Positions 26,203 to 29,926 of a stretch of 29,926 nucleotides of DNA are shown here, one piece after another. The translations under genes were made by a program, and so were the position numbers. This DNA comes from Promethearchaeota archaeon (lineage in GTDB: Archaea; Asgardarchaeota; Lokiarchaeia; Sigyniarchaeales; SOKP01), in the NCBI GenBank assembly GCA_016839705.1, contig JAEOTR010000072.1, positions 1 to 29,926 on the forward strand. The letters run 5' to 3'. Under the pieces are notes generated by a model. It searched no databases, was not told where the DNA came from, and worked only from the letters and a program-made list of their open reading frames with translations. Position 1 is the first letter of the stretch. Each line of letters opens with the position of its first letter.

Positions 26203-27972
26203 CTAGAATAAAGTTTTGATAAATTCTATCAATATATTATAATCATTTATGAACTCATATGAAAGAAGTAAATTAACAATTTCACCTTTAGCTGGAGGTA
26301 TTATTTCTTTTAAGGTATCATAGATCTTGCCTCCTTTAAACATCGAATCATCAATAATTAGATTAACTTTATCCCCCAGTTTGTGAATCTTGGATTTAAG
26401 ATTATCATTCAGATGAGATTCAGATGATATTATAATAGTTGGTTTTCCTAAATATGGGATGAAGTCCAAATTAAAGAGACATAATTGATTTGTCACATTT
26501 GCAAAATTCTTGAAAAACTGGTTCAATGTTGTTTTAAGTATTGTTAATTCATTGTTCTGATAATTATCAATCGAAGGAAAAACATAATATCCTATAGATT
26601 TCTTCATATTAAATTTTAAATCATTATATACACGATCGATGATTGGATATATGCTAAAATTAAAATTAAATAAAGACAGAAAAGCTATTTTAAAATTAAA
26701 ATCTCCTGAAAGAATATTATTGCTTATATTGCCCCCGATACTGCTAAAGCGTTTAATCTCATTCCTAATGTTCGAAACATAAGTATTTAGTAAAAAAAAT
26801 TGAGAAAAAGCTAATTCAGATTCTATTTTAGTTTTTATTTCATCTACAAGTACATATATAATGTCAAATATTTCTTTAGTGATTTTTTCCTTGAGTCCTT
26901 GTTCATGGATTCCTTCAATAATACCATGTGAAACACCAGGATTCTCTATTTCAGCTAAAATGCTTAGATTATCAATAAAAATTTCAGATAAACGTTTTTG
27001 ATGTTTTTTATCATTATTTTGTACTGCCAATTTTACTAATGACTCTATAATACGGTTCAAGATATTAGATAGTTCAGAGGAATTATGTTCTTCATACAGC
27101 TTTTTGGCAATATTAAAGAGTATTGTAATTTTTAAAAATGGATCTTCACTACTTTCAGCTAGTTTTATGGATGAAATCGGATTAACAGGGATTTGATCTA
27201 ACACTATGGATATATATAAATTTTGTTTTATCTTTTGATCTTGTAAATCATTAACTAATTTTATTGCTTCATCCATATTTTCAAACGCAAATGCTCGTAT
27301 CAAATTCGAATAGAAATTAATCTGTTCTGTTGGATCCGATAATCCTAAAGCAAATTCTAGAGATTTTAGTAAATTTTTGTTTGAGAAATATCCTTTCGCT
27401 AATCTCCTTATACTTTCATCAATATCCTTTAATGATACTGTTGGAGATGATATATTACTGGTAGGATCTGCTGATAATGAAGGATTATAGGAGTTTTTCA
27501 TTATCGTTAGTTGTTCTTCACCCTGTTGCAGTTCTTTTAGATTCATCTCATTAGTATAATTTTTAGGGTTCAGCGTCTGAAACTTTTTTGCTTCCTTAAA
27601 GACATATTTTTCTAATAAAGCTTCAACTTTACTTTTCGGGACGGTTTCTCTAACTCTTTGTACTTTTTCAGTGTATTCTATAATCTTAAGCCAATAAGCA
27701 CTAATGGTAAGTTTTCCAAAACCATCTATTTCTGGATTTAAGTTTATATCTACATTTTTAGTCTCATTTGGGGCAAATTCAATTTGATCTCCTAATTCCT
27801 CAGATCTTAAACCAACAGTTAGATTTTCCCCTTCAAAAACAAATTTAAATTTCTCATTTTTAGCTGAATTATTAGTAGCTTGAATGGTAACACCATTTTT
27901 CGACCCAGGAATTAAAAGATTTTGAGGAAATCGTGTTATACTTAAAGTAATAATACTTGATGAATTTGACAT
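26203..27972 (-). CDS. Hypothetical multidomain protein: Ig-like beta N-terminus, helical-repeat middle, alpha/beta C-terminus
   Basis: 589-aa ORF with no signal peptide or obvious TM segment. VTIQATNNS...FKFVFEG...APNETKNVDINLNP...GKLTISAYW is Ig-like. Confidence 0.7.
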   Translation of the reverse strand: MSNSSSIITLSITRFPQNLLIPGSKNGVTIQATNNSAKNEKFKFVFEGENLTVGLRSEELGDQIEFAPNETKNVDINLNPEIDGFGKLTISAYWLKIIEYTEKVQRVRETVPKSKVEALLEKYVFKEAKKFQTLNPKNYTNEMNLKELQQGEEQLTIMKNSYNPSLSADPTSNISSPTVSLKDIDESIRRLAKGYFSNKNLLKSLEFALGLSDPTEQINFYSNLIRAFAFENMDEAIKLVNDLQDQKIKQNLYISIVLDQIPVNPISSIKLAESSEDPFLKITILFNIAKKLYEEHNSSELSNILNRIIESLVKLAVQNNDKKHQKRLSEIFIDNLSILAEIENPGVSHGIIEGIHEQGLKEKITKEIFDIIYVLVDEIKTKIESELAFSQFFLLNTYVSNIRNEIKRFSSIGGNISNNILSGDFNFKIAFLSLFNFNFSIYPIIDRVYNDLKFNMKKSIGYYVFPSIDNYQNNELTILKTTLNQFFKNFANVTNQLCLFNLDFIPYLGKPTIIISSESHLNDNLKSKIHKLGDKVNLIIDDSMFKGGKIYDTLKEIIPPAKGEIVNLLLSYEFINDYNILIEFIKTLF

Positions 27973-28089
27973 AACGAAAGCAAAAAATTAATCTCTCTTT
28001 TAATAAAGAATGATTATTCTGATATTTATTTTTATATTAAAAAAAATCTTAAATCAACAAGATTTTGAGTAAAATAAGTTATTTTTTAA

Positions 28090-28827
28090 TTATCTTCCCA
28101 TACGTCTTTTTCTCTGGGTAAAATCAATTAAATCCTCAAGAACCATTTCTTTATTATAATCAGGCCACAAATCATTTCTAAACTTAAATTCTGCGTAGGA
28201 AGAATCCCACAGTAAAAATCCTGAAATTCGAGCTCCGTCAGTCATTCCCGTTCTAATGACATAATCTAATGGTGGGAAATTTTTTGACCAAAGATATTTT
28301 TTAATTAAATCAGTATTGATTTCTCCAGGATCTATATCATCATTAATTATACCTTTAACAGCATCAACAATCTCTTCATGTCCATCGTACATTATGCAAA
28401 GATTTATGAAATTTTGATCATGGTCTTTAGTGAACTCAATTAATTCCAATATCTTTTTCTTTGTCTCTTCTGGGAGCATTCCAATCCTCCCGATTACATT
28501 GAAATTAACTTTTTCTTCTCTAACGATAGACTCATTTACAACAGTATCAACAGCCATAATCATAATTTTATATAAATATTCAAGCTCTTCAGTCGTTCTT
28601 TTCTTCACATTCTCAAGTGATAATATATATAAACTGAGGTATTGGATTCCAGTGTCAAAAAAATCAAACAATCTCTTCTTAAGATTTTCATATCCTACCA
28701 TATGGCCGAAATTAACATCTAGGTTTCGCTCTTTTGCCCATCTTCTGTTGCCATCGATAATTAAACCGATATGTCTTGGTAACCTATCTTTAGCTACTTC
28801 TTTTAGCTCTTCTAAAGAGGATGTCAT
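28090..28827 (-). CDS. uppS: cis-prenyltransferase (polyprenyl/undecaprenyl diphosphate synthase)
   Basis: PRHIGLIIDGNRRWA, LSLENVKKR, YDGHEEI, DYVIRTG...RISGFLLW, LWPDY and C-terminal RRMG (RxG). Confidence 0.96.
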   Translation of the reverse strand: MTSSLEELKEVAKDRLPRHIGLIIDGNRRWAKERNLDVNFGHMVGYENLKKRLFDFFDTGIQYLSLYILSLENVKKRTTEELEYLYKIMIMAVDTVVNESIVREEKVNFNVIGRIGMLPEETKKKILELIEFTKDHDQNFINLCIMYDGHEEIVDAVKGIINDDIDPGEINTDLIKKYLWSKNFPPLDYVIRTGMTDGARISGFLLWDSSYAEFKFRNDLWPDYNKEMVLEDLIDFTQRKRRMGR

Positions 28828-29043
28828 CTAACATTTTGAAAATGCTTTAGTTTTAATATTAGTATTAAAAATAATTAATTTATCTAGAAATTCTAAGGAA
28901 CCATTATTTATCAATTTAATATGTGCCAAAGTTTAGTTCTTTATAATGGTACTAATTTTGGATAATTTATTTAATATTGCAGAAAAAGGTACTAACTTCA
29001 ACTAATGTTTGTTATGTTGGATTTTAAAAAAAAGTTTTATCCT

Positions 29044-29823
29044 TTAAAATTTGGTTTTTTTCTGGAATATAATGATACCAAGTAAAATAAAAGCGAAAGT
29101 TAATGCAACAATAATTAAAAGTCCACCCCATATTGGCATTGCAATTGGTTGAGCGGTTACTCCTATTAATGAACTACTATATAGGGGATCATTTAATCCA
29201 TGTCCCAATACAGTAATCTGAAGGAATATTTGCTTAGCCCAGAAAGGTGGTGTGAAATAAACAATAGGACTTTCAAAAGGAAATAATGAACCAGAAAGAA
29301 ATAAGATTGGCATATAATAAAATAATGCAATTGCATTTGCAATTTCGGGAGTTTTTGCGATGCCAGAGATAATAATACCAATTCCAACAGATGAAATACC
29401 GAATAAAACAGCAATAAAAAACCCGATTAATAATTCAAAAAGACCCTCATATGGAATTTGGAGTACACCGTATCCAAGTATAAACATAATGAGAATTTGA
29501 AGCGAAACCATAACAGTTTCAGACAATAAAGCACCTAAGAATAGATTTTTCCTCCCTGTGGGCATTGTATCCAACCGTTCTAGCATACCGGATGTTTTAT
29601 CTAATGCAAATGATATAGCTGAACTTGTTGTACCTGCTGCTGTTGTATATATTATCATACCGGGAAAACCATATTGGAATTGCTCTCGTCCAAGAAAAAT
29701 GTAAAACATCAACGTAAACATAACAGCAAAGCCAAGAGAGAAAACTAAATATTGCCAGTGCCGTGTCTTATCTTTAATATTTTTAATCGCTATTTGGATC
29801 GCCTTATTTTCTAAAAAGTTCAT
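29044..29823 (-). CDS. ABC-2 type exporter permease
   Basis: About 6 TM segments, FPGM, DKTSGMLERLDTMP and FLSGSLFP. Confidence 0.92.
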   Translation of the reverse strand: MNFLENKAIQIAIKNIKDKTRHWQYLVFSLGFAVMFTLMFYIFLGREQFQYGFPGMIIYTTAAGTTSSAISFALDKTSGMLERLDTMPTGRKNLFLGALLSETVMVSLQILIMFILGYGVLQIPYEGLFELLIGFFIAVLFGISSVGIGIIISGIAKTPEIANAIALFYYMPILFLSGSLFPFESPIVYFTPPFWAKQIFLQITVLGHGLNDPLYSSSLIGVTAQPIAMPIWGGLLIIVALTFAFILLGIIIFQKKTKF

Positions 29824-29824
29824 T

Positions 29825-29926
29825 TTAATCTCGCAACCTCCTTCCTGTTAAATTTAGAAATACATCTTCTAAGGAATTTTGCCTAAACTTCATGTTTTCA
29901 ACCTCATCAATATTTTCAATAAGCCC
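29825..29926 (-). CDS. C-terminal end of an ABC-2 (DrrA-like) ATP-binding protein, partial
   Basis: Manual translation gives GLIENIDEVENMKFRQNSLEDVFLNLTGRRLRD*. SLEDVFL.LTGR is the typical C-terminal motif, and the stop is 1 nt before the permease ATG. Confidence 0.88.
   Translation of the reverse strand, partial: GLIENIDEVENMKFRQNSLEDVFLNLTGRRLRD

Noticed and set aside
6241-29414. Short nested or antisense ORFs in the track (e.g. 6241, 6489, 7943, 8638, 9817, 10642, 10736, 10963, 14698, 15835, 18577, 19384, 20663, 20685, 21353, 22406, 23007, 28430, 29193)
   Set aside because: Each lies within or across well-supported genes and shows no motifs.
1-29926. Mobile element, provirus or rRNA
   Set aside because: No transposase, integrase or capsid motifs, terminal repeats or GC-rich structural RNA stretch was recognised.

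Overview
AT-rich (roughly 30% GC by eye), gene-dense window that is most likely from an Asgard archaeon (Lokiarchaeia-like). The basis is a Rab-like small GTPase without a prenylation signal, a Roadblock/LC7 protein, two proteins with longin/uDENN-like N-termini, a wHTH-TPR protein, an Ig-repeat surface glycoprotein and archaeal GAGG(T)/GGTGA ribosome-binding sites. The left half is mostly accessory enzymes: GNAT, tandem SH3, two HADs, dCMP deaminase, crotonase, MFS, SDR and VOC. The right half holds two intriguing minus-strand clusters. (i) A 589-aa unknown, a GCS2-type carboxylate-amine ligase, an amidohydrolase, a longin/coiled-coil protein and a 176-aa unknown, converging on a Roadblock gene; this is a candidate amide writer/eraser system. 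(ii) An Ig-repeat membrane protein, a longin/wHTH protein and a TrmB-HTH/coiled-coil/PLD-like protein; this is a candidate surface-to-DNA signalling module. Reading the sequence also revealed features the ORF track misses: a 24-aa and a 31-aa Zn-finger microprotein (downstream of a 73-aa ORF that is in the track), an SDR pseudogene remnant, palindromic intergenic sites and partial genes at both window edges. One ORF-track protein is a radical-SAM homologue that has lost its Fe-S motif. No rRNA, tRNA, CRISPR array or transposase was recognised. All family calls come from motif recognition, not database searches.
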